Assembly (NCBI GenBank): GCA_964548875.1
Contig: CAZJSP010000003.1
Location: 1-35,942 of the forward strand
Origin: an uncultured Candidatus Saccharibacteria bacterium
Lineage (GTDB): Bacteria; Patescibacteriota; Minisyncoccia; Minisyncoccales; JANBVM01
Length of the DNA: 35,942 nt
Reading direction: 5' to 3'
The first letter of the stretch is position 1; each line of letters starts with the position of its first letter. The notes below the pieces were generated by a model. The model searched no databases. It had not been told where the DNA came from and saw only the letters and a list, made by a program, of their open reading frames with translations. Position numbers and translations under genes: made by a program. This document shows, one piece after another, positions 18,616 to 28,295 of the stretch.

Positions 18616-18638
18616 AAAACAGTCTTTTCGACTGTTTT
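18616..18638. terminator. Short terminator hairpin after the Kazal-domain gene
   Basis: AAAACAGTC-loop-GACTGTTTT. Confidence 0.65.
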
Positions 18639-18642
18639 CTAT

Positions 18643-20376
18643 TTAAAGATCGATATCTATCAAACCACTTTGAGATTCTTCCTCCTGATTTAAATTTTTT
18701 AATTGAATTTCAGCTGAACAGTTAACCCATCCCTCAGGAACATCACAAGGGGTGGGGAAGTAAACGCATTCTCCTCCGGCTGGATCTTGAGCTGGTGTAA
18801 TAACCTGGATACACATAATTGATCCATCTGTATTTGAAGAAAAAACACACTCCCCATCAACACATTTTACTTTTTCTGAAGATGATCCATCGGGAAGGGG
18901 ACAATCTTGATCTGTTTGGCATTCAAACTTTTTACTTGGTTCTTCACAAATACTATAACTTCTGCTTATTCTTATTTCTTGCAATCCATTACAACATTCT
19001 TGGTGGGTAGGACCTAAAACAGGATTTCTATTAACTTCTTCTCCTTCGTTAGCGCAAGGCAATTCAGTTTGACATTCTCCTCTGTAAAGAATTTCAACAT
19101 TAGCCTTTTGGGCCTCACAAATATTTTGATAGGTATTTCCGTCTTCTCCACAAACTGGAACAAAAATACTGGTACAGCTAATCTCTGAACCATCGTCTGT
19201 TTTATAGCCCCCAACTGTCTGGATTAAACTTTTTATATTGTTTGATAAGGATTGGCTAGATCTTATTTCGATGAAAGCATCAATATAATCTCCTTTTTCA
19301 AAATATTCTTGAGCCTTTTCTAAATCTATTTCCGATTCTTCTACTAATTCGAATACTTCTGGGAATATTGATTTATTTAAGCCCTTTTCAAGAATTAAAG
19401 ATTTAATCCCCTCTATTAAGTCATCGCCATAATCAATCTTTTCTACAACTGAATTCTCATCAGCTCCTGTTTGCTCTTTTATTTTTTGAAGATAGCTGTC
19501 TCTGACATTATTAATTATCTCTTTTGTATCCTCTCTTAATATTTTTCCTTTTAAATTATCAATAATATTAAGAATAATTTCTTGGTCTTCATCAATTTTT
19601 TCAATATATTCTTTTAATTGGCTTTGGTTTTCACTAGACAGACCCTCTAAAGAAGACTTTAGCTTTTCTATTCTTTCTTCTTTTTTCTCCTCTATTTTTT
19701 CTTGATATTCTGAAGGTAAATTTTCTTTTACTTTTTCTAAGATTCTTATATTTTTGATTTCGTCAAAGCTTCCGCTATCTATATTGTTAAAGGCTTCATT
19801 GATAGTTTCAGGAATATTAGAAACCCCCTGAACCTTGATTAAGATATTTTGAAAGCTTTCTAAATTGTTACTTCTAACCTCTCTTATCCTTTCTAAAGAT
19901 TTTTCTGGAATATTATCTTCTAGCTTTTCTAGTATTCTTTGATGAAGAATTTGTTGTTGAGAATATTCTTCGGAAAAATTTTTAACTTGTTCATTGTTTT
20001 CAGCTTGTTCTTGGATTTTATTAGTGGCTTTTTCTGTTTTCTCAATTCTTGATTGATATGAAGATATTGTTTTTTCAATTAAATCTTCATTTGATTCCAT
20101 TTCAACTATTTTTCTTAATTCAAGTAGTTTCTCATTTGCAAATTGAAACTCAAGCTCTGCTTTTTTAACAGAATCAAAAGTAAGAATTGATCTTACATTT
20201 CTAGTCCAATCCCTAATAAAATAAAAAGGGTGATTAGGTAGAACATTTGGTTCTCCTACTCCTAAATCAGAAGACTGAACCTGATACTCAGGAATAAAGT
20301 TCTCAGCCTCTAAGAAAGATATTGGTAAGCTTAAAATTAAGGAAAAAATCAGGAATGTAAAAATAAGTTTTTTCAT
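18643..20376 (-). CDS. Secreted/surface protein: signal peptide, DUF5667-like helical region, Kazal-type and other Cys-rich modules
   Basis: MKKLIFTFLIFSLILSLP; LPNHPFYFIRDW; PVCGEDGNTYQNIC...YRGEC; CQTDQDC; CIQVITPA..ECVYFPTPCDVPEGW. Confidence 0.75.
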   Translation of the reverse strand: MKKLIFTFLIFSLILSLPISFLEAENFIPEYQVQSSDLGVGEPNVLPNHPFYFIRDWTRNVRSILTFDSVKKAELEFQFANEKLLELRKIVEMESNEDLIEKTISSYQSRIEKTEKATNKIQEQAENNEQVKNFSEEYSQQQILHQRILEKLEDNIPEKSLERIREVRSNNLESFQNILIKVQGVSNIPETINEAFNNIDSGSFDEIKNIRILEKVKENLPSEYQEKIEEKKEERIEKLKSSLEGLSSENQSQLKEYIEKIDEDQEIILNIIDNLKGKILREDTKEIINNVRDSYLQKIKEQTGADENSVVEKIDYGDDLIEGIKSLILEKGLNKSIFPEVFELVEESEIDLEKAQEYFEKGDYIDAFIEIRSSQSLSNNIKSLIQTVGGYKTDDGSEISCTSIFVPVCGEDGNTYQNICEAQKANVEILYRGECQTELPCANEGEEVNRNPVLGPTHQECCNGLQEIRISRSYSICEEPSKKFECQTDQDCPLPDGSSSEKVKCVDGECVFSSNTDGSIMCIQVITPAQDPAGGECVYFPTPCDVPEGWVNCSAEIQLKNLNQEEESQSGLIDIDL

Positions 20377-20409
20377 TTTTTTTAATATTTTATTATTAGG
20401 ATAATTCGA

Positions 20410-22125
20410 CTATCTTTTTTTGTTTAGATCTATTTTTCTTTTTTTAATAAATTCTTTTAATTTCATTGGACCTAAATTCTTACCTTGGAATCTTGGACTA
20501 ACAGATTTATTTTTTACTTCTCTTTCTCCAACAATCAAAAGGTAAGGAACTTTTTGTATTTCCCCTTTTTTTATTTTCTTGGAAAGAGTTTCATCTTCAT
20601 CCTTCAAGACTGAACGAAAACCATTGTCTAGTAGTTCTTTTTGAACATCTTTAGCTCTTTTAGATTGTTTAGAGCTAATTGGAATAACCCATATTTGTTC
20701 AGGCGACAACCAAAAAGGTAGATTGCCAGCATAATTTTCCAACAACACCCCTAAAAATCTTTCAATTGATCCAAATAAAGCTCGATGAATCATATAGGGT
20801 CTTTTTTCTTTGCCTTTTTGATTAATGTAAGTCATGTCAAATCTTTCTGGAAGATTAAAATCTACTTGTATAGTAGTACATTGATGCTCTCTTTTTAAAG
20901 AATCTTTAACTTTAATATCGATTTTAGGACCATAAAAAGCACCTCCTCCTTTATCGGTAAGAAAGTCGATTTTATTGTCCTTAAGAGTTTTCTTAAGGGC
21001 TTGAGTAGCCTTTTTCCACTTATTTTCTGACCCAACATATTTATCAGGACGGGTTGAAAGATAAACCTTAAATTCTTTAAATCCAAAAACCCTGAATATT
21101 TTAAAACTTTGTTTAAGCAGTTCTTCAATTTCTTGAAAAAGATCTTTTTCTGAACACCAGATATGGGCATCGTCTTGAGTAAAGCCTCTTACTCTAGTCA
21201 GGCCATGTAATTCCCCTGATTTTTCATATCTATAAACTGTTCCAAATTCTGCATACTTAATTGGCAGGTCCTTGTAGCTTCTAATTTCACTCTGATAAAC
21301 CTTGATATGAAAAGGGCAATTCATCGGTTTGATTAAATATTGGTCTTTTTCAACATCCATAGGAGAAAAAAGACTTTCTTGATAAAAGTTCCAATGGCCG
21401 GAAGCTTTCCAAAGATCAACTTTTCCAATATGAGGAGAAATCAACCACTTGTAACCTTTTTGAGTTAATTCTTCTCTTAAATAGTTTTTCATTATTTGAA
21501 TTATTTTCGCTCCATTTGGTTGCCAAATAGGAAGACCAGGCCCAACTTCTTCATCAAACAAAAACAATTTTAATTTTTTACCTAAAATTCTGTGATCTCT
21601 TTTTTTAGCCTCCTCTTGATTTTTTAAATAATTCTTTAATTCTTTTTTTGTTTCAAATCCTACTCCATATATTCGAGTTAGCATTTTTCTGTTCTCATCT
21701 CCTTTCCAATAAGCTCCGGCTATTCTAGTTAATTTAAAAGACTGAGGATTAATTTCTTCAGTTGATTTAACGTGAGGGCCCCTACAAAGATCAATAAAAT
21801 CAGAGCTTTGATAAAAACTAGGAGTTTCTTCCATTTCTCTTATCAATTCTTTTTTATAGGGTTGATCTTTAAATTCTTTCTTTATTTCTTCTTTAGAAAG
21901 CTTAACTTTTCTGAAGGTAATATTCTTTTTAATATTTTGCCTCATTTTATTTTCAATTTCATCTAAATCTGTTTCACTAATTGGTTTAGAAAATTCAAAA
22001 TCATAGTAAAAACCATCTTCTATGGCAGGACCTATAGCAAGCTTTACGTTAGGGTATATTTCTTTTATAGATAAAGCCAAGATATGGGCTAATGAATGAC
22101 GAATTTTTTCTATTTTTTTAGACAT
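20410..22125 (-). CDS. thrS: Threonine-tRNA ligase (no N-terminal TGS domain)
   Basis: RHSLAH, GFYYDF, DLCRGPH, RDHR, KPMNCPFH, RVRGFTQDDAH, FYGPKID, HRALFGSIERF. Confidence 0.97.
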   Translation of the reverse strand: MSKKIEKIRHSLAHILALSIKEIYPNVKLAIGPAIEDGFYYDFEFSKPISETDLDEIENKMRQNIKKNITFRKVKLSKEEIKKEFKDQPYKKELIREMEETPSFYQSSDFIDLCRGPHVKSTEEINPQSFKLTRIAGAYWKGDENRKMLTRIYGVGFETKKELKNYLKNQEEAKKRDHRILGKKLKLFLFDEEVGPGLPIWQPNGAKIIQIMKNYLREELTQKGYKWLISPHIGKVDLWKASGHWNFYQESLFSPMDVEKDQYLIKPMNCPFHIKVYQSEIRSYKDLPIKYAEFGTVYRYEKSGELHGLTRVRGFTQDDAHIWCSEKDLFQEIEELLKQSFKIFRVFGFKEFKVYLSTRPDKYVGSENKWKKATQALKKTLKDNKIDFLTDKGGGAFYGPKIDIKVKDSLKREHQCTTIQVDFNLPERFDMTYINQKGKEKRPYMIHRALFGSIERFLGVLLENYAGNLPFWLSPEQIWVIPISSKQSKRAKDVQKELLDNGFRSVLKDEDETLSKKIKKGEIQKVPYLLIVGEREVKNKSVSPRFQGKNLGPMKLKEFIKKRKIDLNKKR

Positions 22126-22159
22126 ACTAATATTTTATCATAATTTTATTATTTTACTT

Positions 22160-22234
22160 AAAATAAAACCCCTTCAAAAAGAGGTTAGTTAATTATTAAA
22201 TAAAATTTCAACCAACCTCTTCTTAGAAAGGGTT
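22160..22234 (-). terminator. Long terminator-like hairpin between dnaE and thrS
   Basis: On the minus strand AACCC-TTTC-T-AAGAAGAGGTTGGTT pairs with AACTAACCTCTTTTT-GAAG-GGGTT, followed by TTATTTT. Confidence 0.7.
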
Positions 22235-22270
22235 CTTAGTGGTTATTTTAATTTTATAAACAAAAATCAT
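22223..22270 (-). CDS. Possible 15-aa leader peptide MIFVYKIKITTKNPF upstream of thrS
   Basis: ATG 8 nt after TTGCCA-17-TATAAT (22307-22279); ACC ACT Thr codons just before the hairpin base; stop inside the stem. Confidence 0.45.
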   Translation of the reverse strand: MIFVYKIKITTKNPF

Positions 22271-22308
22271 ATTTCGTAATTATAATCAAAAATAATGGTT
22301 ATGGCAAA

Positions 22309-25300
22309 TTAAATTTCTTTAATTTCTTCAATTTCATTACAAAGAATTTTTGGTGAATCTTCTTTTTTATCAATAGTTCCTGAAATTAAAACAATATTAT
22401 TTTCTTTAATTAGATGGGAGTTCTCTTCAAACACTGATGGAAAAACAACAACCTCAACTCGGCCAGAAAAATCTTCTAAGGTTAAAAAACACATTGGTCT
22501 TTTGCTTTTTTTAGTAATAATTCTATTAATTTTTAGAATAATGCCTCCAACCGTTACATGGCGATCTGGGACAGAGTTTAAATTAGAGATTTTAACAGCC
22601 CTCTTTTCAATAATATTTTTAAAATCATCTAGGGGATGAGAACTAATAAAAAGACCTAAAAGATTTTTTTCCCACAATAATTTTTCTTCTTTAGTTGCTG
22701 GTTCAGTTGGTTCAAGATTAATTTTCTCATCAAACTTCATTCCAGCAAAAAGAGCTTTTTGACCACTATTCTTTCTTTTTTCTTTTTCTCGACTTCTTTC
22801 AACGATAGTAGGGATATTTGAAAGAAGAGTATTTCTTTCAGCAAAATTATCAAATGCTCCAGCCTTAATTAAGCTTTCTAAAGCTCTCTTATTTAAATTA
22901 CGAGGACTTATCCTTGAAGCAAAATCATTAATTGATTGAAAGGTTCCGTTTTCCTTTCTCTCTTGAATAATGGATTCAACTATTTTAGCTCCTACATTCT
23001 TAACGGCTAAAAGACCAAAACGAATCTGATTTGTTTTAGGTACAACTGTAAAATTCCTCCAACTCTCATTAATGTCCGGTGGAAGAACCTCAAGGTTCAT
23101 TTTTTCACACTCTTTAATTAGGTCTCCAACTCTTTCATTGTCTGAACCAACTGATGTTAAAAGAGCGGCCATAAATTCAATTGGATAATTAGCCTTTAAA
23201 TAGGCTGTTTGATAAGCAATAAAAGCATAAGCGCAACTGTGTGAATTATGAACAATAAAATCATTGGCAAGAAAATTATGAGTATCCTTTATTGTTAAGT
23301 CATATGTTTCTTGTTTACCTATTGGTGTAATCTCTAAAATTTCATCCCAATAAACATCAGAATGGGCAAGATCAAGAACTGGTTTTGAAGAGTTTTGAGG
23401 AAGAGCTCTTCCGATAATTTCTAAAGTTTCTCTTGAATATCCTTTTTTGTTTTTATCTATCCATAATAATTTTTTAGAAAATCCATGCTTTTCGGCAAAT
23501 TCTGTAAAATTATAGCCAGCTTGAACTATTTTTTCTCTTATTTTTTCTCTTATTTCAATAGGGATGATGTCTTTGCTTCCTTTGACGCTCCATTTTTTAA
23601 TTTTTCCGTTAGTAGTTAAGTATTGCTTAATAGCCCCATCTAAGTCTTGTTTTTTCTTTCCAATAAGGTGTGATCTAATTACCCTGGAGAAGTTTTTTAT
23701 ATTTCTATATTGATTTATGGTTAAGATATAATCTTTTTTAACTTTTATTTTTCCTTTATTCTTGTACTTATTTTTTTTCTGATGAAGAGAAGCAACAACA
23801 CCTAATCTTAAAAGAAGATGTTGAATTTGTTTAGCTAGACTTAGAGAAGGGGTGGTGTAAAAAATCTGAGGACATTTTCTTTTTAAATTAATAGATCCAT
23901 TTTTTTGAAAAGTTTTAGCCAAAAGAATCGTAATTTGTCGTTTATTGAGACGGAACACGAATTCAGGGAAAGATTTTTCGGTGGGTTTTTTATTATATAT
24001 TCCTATTTTACGCATCCACTCTATTGCTTCAGAGGCTTTTTTCAAATTAACTCTCTCTATATAAAAAGAATTTTCTTGCTTGTTAAAAGCGACTTTTGTG
24101 TTTTTAAACTTTTCTAGTGATTTTTTATAATCTTGAATTGTTTTATTGTTATCAGAATAGAAATAGAATTCACGGGAATAGTAAGGGCTATTTTCTGCAA
24201 TCATATATCCTAATACAGCAAGTTGGTAGTCTTTTATATTGGCAATTCCCTTATTATTAATAGAAATTTCTCTTGCCAAGCCAATCCTGTCTCCTTTTTT
24301 TATGTTCTCAAGTTTTTCCCATCCCTTAATTGTAAGAAAAGGATGGTTTGAAGTTGATTTAATTTCTTTTCCTAGTCTGGTTTTTATTTTATAGACTTCT
24401 TTTTTCCCATTTTGAAAAACTTTTACAGTTGGAGATTCTTCAAGCTTTAATTCGTCATTAAGTGAGTGAATAGAGGGAAGCTTTTTATTATCATAAATCT
24501 CTTGAATAGTCGTTTTGCTTCCAGTCTTAGCGTTTATTATTTCTGTGTCCCCAGTTAAACACCTATTAAACCCATAACTAGCAAAAGGCAATATCCATTC
24601 CCATATTTTCTGAGCAACTTTTTCGCTAATCTGGTTATCTTTCATTCCTTGAATTAGCTTCTTTTTTTGCTCAACAAGTAAAGATCTTATTTTCTTACCT
24701 ATAGCTTTTCTCAAAATATCAGCTTCTGAAAGGCTAAACCCGGCTAATTCTTGAGCAATTTTCATTAAGTCTTCTTGATAAACGGGAAGCCCATATGTCT
24801 TTTTAAGAATTTTTTCTAACTTAGGATGCAAATACTCAACCTTTCTTTTTCCTTTTTTACGTCCAATATATTCTGGAATAAAAGACATTGGGCCGGGCCG
24901 ATAAAGAGCAATCATAACAATTAAATCTTCTAAGTTGGTCGGCTTTAACTGCTTTAAATATTTTCTGAATCCAGCTGATTCTAATTGAAAAACACCTATA
25001 GTTTTTCCTTTTTGTAAAAGCTTGTATGTTTTTTTATCATCAAGAGGAATTAAGCTAATGTCTATTTTTTCATTTTGAACAGCATAAATTCTAGACAAAG
25101 TATCTTCAATAATGGTTAGGTTTTTTAATCCTAAAAAGTCCATCTTTAAAAGTCCTAGGTCTTCTATGGCGTGCATTTCATATTGAGTAATAATATCCTT
25201 TTCATTTTGAGAGGGGTGTTGAAGAGGGACACTATTGTCTAGAGGGTTTTTTGAAATTACTACTCCGCAGGCATGGGTTGAAATATGCCTAATTACCCCC

Positions 25301-26790
25301 TCTAATTTTTTAGCTAAATTAATAAGGACCTCTCCTTTATTACTGTTTTTATATAATTCTTTTAATTCTGAAACCTCGTCTAAAGCCTCGTCTAAAGTGC
25401 TACCCGTAGGAATCATTTTAGCTATTCGATCACAATAACTATATTCATACCCTAAAGACCTACCAACATCCCTAATAGATCCTCTGGCTGCCATTGTTCC
25501 AAAAGTACAAATTTGAGCCACATTATTTCTTCCATATTTTTGAGCCACATAATCTAAAAGTTCATTCCTGCGCCGATCAGTAAAGTCTAAATCAATATCA
25601 GGCATTGAAATTCTGGCTGGGTTTAAAAATCTTTCAAAAAGTAGGCCCCATTTTAATGGATCTATGGTTGTAATGCCTGTAGTGTATGCAACAATTGATC
25701 CTCCAACCGAACCTCTTCCTGGACCAACAACAATTCTTTGGTCTTTAGCCCATTTAACAAAGTCTTGAACAATTAAGAAATAAGAAGAAAATCCCATCTT
25801 ATTAATAATGTCTAGTTCGTAATTAAGACGATCTTTTACTTCTTCGCTTAAGGGTTCTCCATATAGTTTTTTAGATCCTTTTAAACATAATTCTTTTAAA
25901 TACTCTTGACTTGTCTGGTTTTCAGGGGTTTTAAAACCTGGAATCTTGGTTTTTCCTAATACAAATTCAAAATTACATCGATCTGCTATTTTTTGAGTAT
26001 TTTTAATGGCCTCGGGGTAATCCTTAAAGTCTTCAGCCATTTGTTCTGGTGAACGAATTGAGAAATCATCTGCTTTCATACTGATCCTTTCAGGATCATC
26101 AATATCAGCCCCTGTATTAATTAACATTAAAATGTCTTGAGCTTCAGCATCTTCTGGTTTTAAATAATGAGAGTCATTTGTTGCAACCAAAGGAATATCA
26201 AGTTCTTTTGAAAGCCTAACCAATCCTTCATTTGCAATTTTTTGTTTTGAGATATTGGGATGATGTTGTAGTTCTAAGTAAAAATTATCTTTACCAAATA
26301 TTTTCTGATATTTAAGAGCTGTTTCTTTTGCTTCCTTATATTGGTCAGCTAAAATTAAGCTCGGAACCTTGCCCTGGATACAGGCCGTTAAAGCAATCAA
26401 TCCTTCTGAATGTTTAGCCAACAGTTCTTCATCAACTCTAGGTCTATAATAAAAACCCTCCAGATGAGCTTTAGTAATCAGCTTAACTAAATTTTTATAT
26501 CCTGTTTCATTTTTAACTAAAAGAACCAAGTGATACCTCTTGTTGTCTATGTTGGGTCTTTTTTGTTGCATCCCTTCATAAGCAAGATACATTTCAGCCC
26601 CAATAATTGGTTTAATGCCGGCTTTTTTTGCTTTTTTATAAAATTCTATAGCTCCATACAAAACACCATGGTCGGTAATGGCAACTGAATCCATTCCTAG
26701 TTTCTTTGTGTATTCTAATAATTCGTCTATTTTCGATAAACCATCTAAAAGAGAATAGTGAGTATGAACGTGGAGATGAGTAAACTTCAT
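22309..26790 (-). CDS. dnaE: DNA polymerase III alpha subunit containing an intein
   Basis: HLHVHTHYSLLDG PHP domain, GPGRGS, PDIDLD, KMDFLGL, YGFNR/SH, C-terminal OB fold. Confidence 0.97.
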   Translation of the reverse strand: MKFTHLHVHTHYSLLDGLSKIDELLEYTKKLGMDSVAITDHGVLYGAIEFYKKAKKAGIKPIIGAEMYLAYEGMQQKRPNIDNKRYHLVLLVKNETGYKNLVKLITKAHLEGFYYRPRVDEELLAKHSEGLIALTACIQGKVPSLILADQYKEAKETALKYQKIFGKDNFYLELQHHPNISKQKIANEGLVRLSKELDIPLVATNDSHYLKPEDAEAQDILMLINTGADIDDPERISMKADDFSIRSPEQMAEDFKDYPEAIKNTQKIADRCNFEFVLGKTKIPGFKTPENQTSQEYLKELCLKGSKKLYGEPLSEEVKDRLNYELDIINKMGFSSYFLIVQDFVKWAKDQRIVVGPGRGSVGGSIVAYTTGITTIDPLKWGLLFERFLNPARISMPDIDLDFTDRRRNELLDYVAQKYGRNNVAQICTFGTMAARGSIRDVGRSLGYEYSYCDRIAKMIPTGSTLDEALDEVSELKELYKNSNKGEVLINLAKKLEGVIRHISTHACGVVISKNPLDNSVPLQHPSQNEKDIITQYEMHAIEDLGLLKMDFLGLKNLTIIEDTLSRIYAVQNEKIDISLIPLDDKKTYKLLQKGKTIGVFQLESAGFRKYLKQLKPTNLEDLIVMIALYRPGPMSFIPEYIGRKKGKRKVEYLHPKLEKILKKTYGLPVYQEDLMKIAQELAGFSLSEADILRKAIGKKIRSLLVEQKKKLIQGMKDNQISEKVAQKIWEWILPFASYGFNRCLTGDTEIINAKTGSKTTIQEIYDNKKLPSIHSLNDELKLEESPTVKVFQNGKKEVYKIKTRLGKEIKSTSNHPFLTIKGWEKLENIKKGDRIGLAREISINNKGIANIKDYQLAVLGYMIAENSPYYSREFYFYSDNNKTIQDYKKSLEKFKNTKVAFNKQENSFYIERVNLKKASEAIEWMRKIGIYNKKPTEKSFPEFVFRLNKRQITILLAKTFQKNGSINLKRKCPQIFYTTPSLSLAKQIQHLLLRLGVVASLHQKKNKYKNKGKIKVKKDYILTINQYRNIKNFSRVIRSHLIGKKKQDLDGAIKQYLTTNGKIKKWSVKGSKDIIPIEIREKIREKIVQAGYNFTEFAEKHGFSKKLLWIDKNKKGYSRETLEIIGRALPQNSSKPVLDLAHSDVYWDEILEITPIGKQETYDLTIKDTHNFLANDFIVHNSHSCAYAFIAYQTAYLKANYPIEFMAALLTSVGSDNERVGDLIKECEKMNLEVLPPDINESWRNFTVVPKTNQIRFGLLAVKNVGAKIVESIIQERKENGTFQSINDFASRISPRNLNKRALESLIKAGAFDNFAERNTLLSNIPTIVERSREKEKRKNSGQKALFAGMKFDEKINLEPTEPATKEEKLLWEKNLLGLFISSHPLDDFKNIIEKRAVKISNLNSVPDRHVTVGGIILKINRIITKKSKRPMCFLTLEDFSGRVEVVVFPSVFEENSHLIKENNIVLISGTIDKKEDSPKILCNEIEEIKEI
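23245..24561 (-). mobile_element. 439-aa intein with a degenerate LAGLIDADG homing endonuclease (aa 744-1182 of DnaE)
   Basis: Begins CLTGDT, block B TSNHPF, block F TYDLTI..THNF, ends VHN followed by Ser; removal restores GFNR-SHSCAY. Confidence 0.93.
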
Positions 26791-26798
26791 AATAATTA

Positions 26799-26867
26799 AT
26801 TGTACTGTTTGTTTTTTGTTAAGTCAAAATAAAAATTAAATTAAAAATTTTTAATTTTTGCTATAAT
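26799..26867. promoter_or_regulatory. Divergent promoters for dnaE and rnhB
   Basis: Minus strand TTGACT-17-TACAAT (26827-26799); plus strand extended -10 TGCTATAAT (26859-26867). Confidence 0.55.
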
Positions 26868-26873
26868 TATAAT

Positions 26874-27512
26874 ATGAAAAAACCAAATCTTATTGAGGAA
26901 AGAAAAATATGGAAAAGAGGCATTAATATTATAGCTGGAATAGATGAGGCGGGAAGAGGCCCTTTAGCTGGGCCAGTAGTAGCAGCTGCTGTTTTTTTGA
27001 AAAAAAGAAAAATTTGTTTTGATTCCATTAAAGATTCAAAAAAAATAAGCCCTAAGAAGAGGGTAAGGATTTATAATATTTTGATTCAGAGCTCTTATTT
27101 AGAGTGGGGGATAGGAGCAGTTTCTGAAAAGGTAATAGATCAAATTAATATTTTAGAGGCAACCAAGAAGGCAATGCGCAAGGCTGTTTTGAATTTAGAA
27201 AAGAAAATTTATCCTCAAACAGTTGACTTTCTTCTTATAGATGGTAATTTTAAAATCAATTTTGATCTTTGCCAAAAATCTATTTCAAGGGGAGACAGTT
27301 CTGTTTATTCAATTTCTTTAGCTTCTATTATTGCCAAAGTAACAAGAGACCAAATAATGGAAAAATATCATAAACAATACCCCTTATATCAGTTCCAACA
27401 GCACAAGGGTTATGGAACTAAACAACATCGTAATACTTTAAAAAAATATGGTCCTTGTAAAATTCACAGAAAGACGTTTAGTCCAGTTAGTGGCTTAATT
27501 GATAAATCTTGA
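26874..27512 (+). CDS. rnhB: Ribonuclease HII
   Basis: GIDEAGRGPLAGPV, DSKK, LIDG, ASIIAKVTRD, HKGYGT, HRKTF. Confidence 0.96.
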   Translation: MKKPNLIEERKIWKRGINIIAGIDEAGRGPLAGPVVAAAVFLKKRKICFDSIKDSKKISPKKRVRIYNILIQSSYLEWGIGAVSEKVIDQINILEATKKAMRKAVLNLEKKIYPQTVDFLLIDGNFKINFDLCQKSISRGDSSVYSISLASIIAKVTRDQIMEKYHKQYPLYQFQQHKGYGTKQHRNTLKKYGPCKIHRKTFSPVSGLIDKS

Positions 27513-27558
27513 TTTTTAAAAAATAAAATGTAAGAATTAAACATTAATTTTTTGAATT

Positions 27559-27804
27559 ATGACAGCACCAAAATCTAGAGGAACAAAATCAAAAAGAGAT
27601 AAAAGAAGGCTTCATATTCGTTTAAAGAAGCCTAATTTAGTTAAATGTAAAAAATGCGGTAAATCAATTTTACCACATACCGTTTGTTCTTTTTGTGGTT
27701 ATTATAAAGACAAACAGATTATTAATGTTCTAGAAAAAGAAGAGAAAGACAAAGAGAAAGAAGATAAAAAACCTTTAGACCTTAAAAAGCTATCTAAAAA
27801 ATAA
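27559..27804 (+). CDS. rpmF: 50S ribosomal protein L32 (Zn-binding form, charged C-terminal tail)
   Basis: PK...[23 protein letters not shown]. Confidence 0.93.
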   Translation: MTAPKSRGTKSKRDKRRLHIRLKKPNLVKCKKCGKSILPHTVCSFCGYYKDKQIINVLEKEEKDKEKEDKKPLDLKKLSKK

Positions 27805-27806
27805 TT

Positions 27807-28232
27807 ATGGCTTCTAGACATTTATCAAGGAGTATTGTTATGCAATCTCTTTATGAATGGGACTTTTCCGAAAAAGAAAGAGATTTAAAAGAAATTACAG
27901 AAAGAAACATTAAAGATTTCGGACCAGGATTAAAAGATCATAAACAATTTGTTTGGTCGTTAATTACAGGGGTTATTAAAAGCATGGAAAAGATTGATAA
28001 AATTATTGAAAAATCTGCCCCTCAATGGCCCATAGATCAAATTTCAATTGTTGATAGAAATGTTTTAAGAATAGGAATTTATGAATTATTATATGCCGAC
28101 AAGGAAGCTGTTCCTTCAAAGGTTGCAATTAATGAGGCTATAGAGTTGGCCAAGTCTTTTGGAGGAGAAAATTCAGGAAAGTTTATTAATGGTGTTTTAG
28201 GTACAGTGTTCGATTTAATAAAAAAAGAATAA
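27807..28232 (+). CDS. nusB: Transcription antitermination factor NusB
   Basis: [45 protein letters not shown]. Confidence 0.96.
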   Translation: MASRHLSRSIVMQSLYEWDFSEKERDLKEITERNIKDFGPGLKDHKQFVWSLITGVIKSMEKIDKIIEKSAPQWPIDQISIVDRNVLRIGIYELLYADKEAVPSKVAINEAIELAKSFGGENSGKFINGVLGTVFDLIKKE

Positions 28233-28235
28233 TAA

Positions 28236-28288
28236 CTGGTTGCTAGTAATTGATAATTAATCTTTAGTTGTTAATTATTAGCGACTAG
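28236..28288 (+). promoter_or_regulatory. 25-bp RNA hairpin before rnc; putative RNase III autoregulatory site
   Basis: 28236-28260 pairs without interruption to 28264-28288 using six G-U pairs; 3-nt loop. Confidence 0.65.
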
Positions 28289-28295
28289 AAAATTT

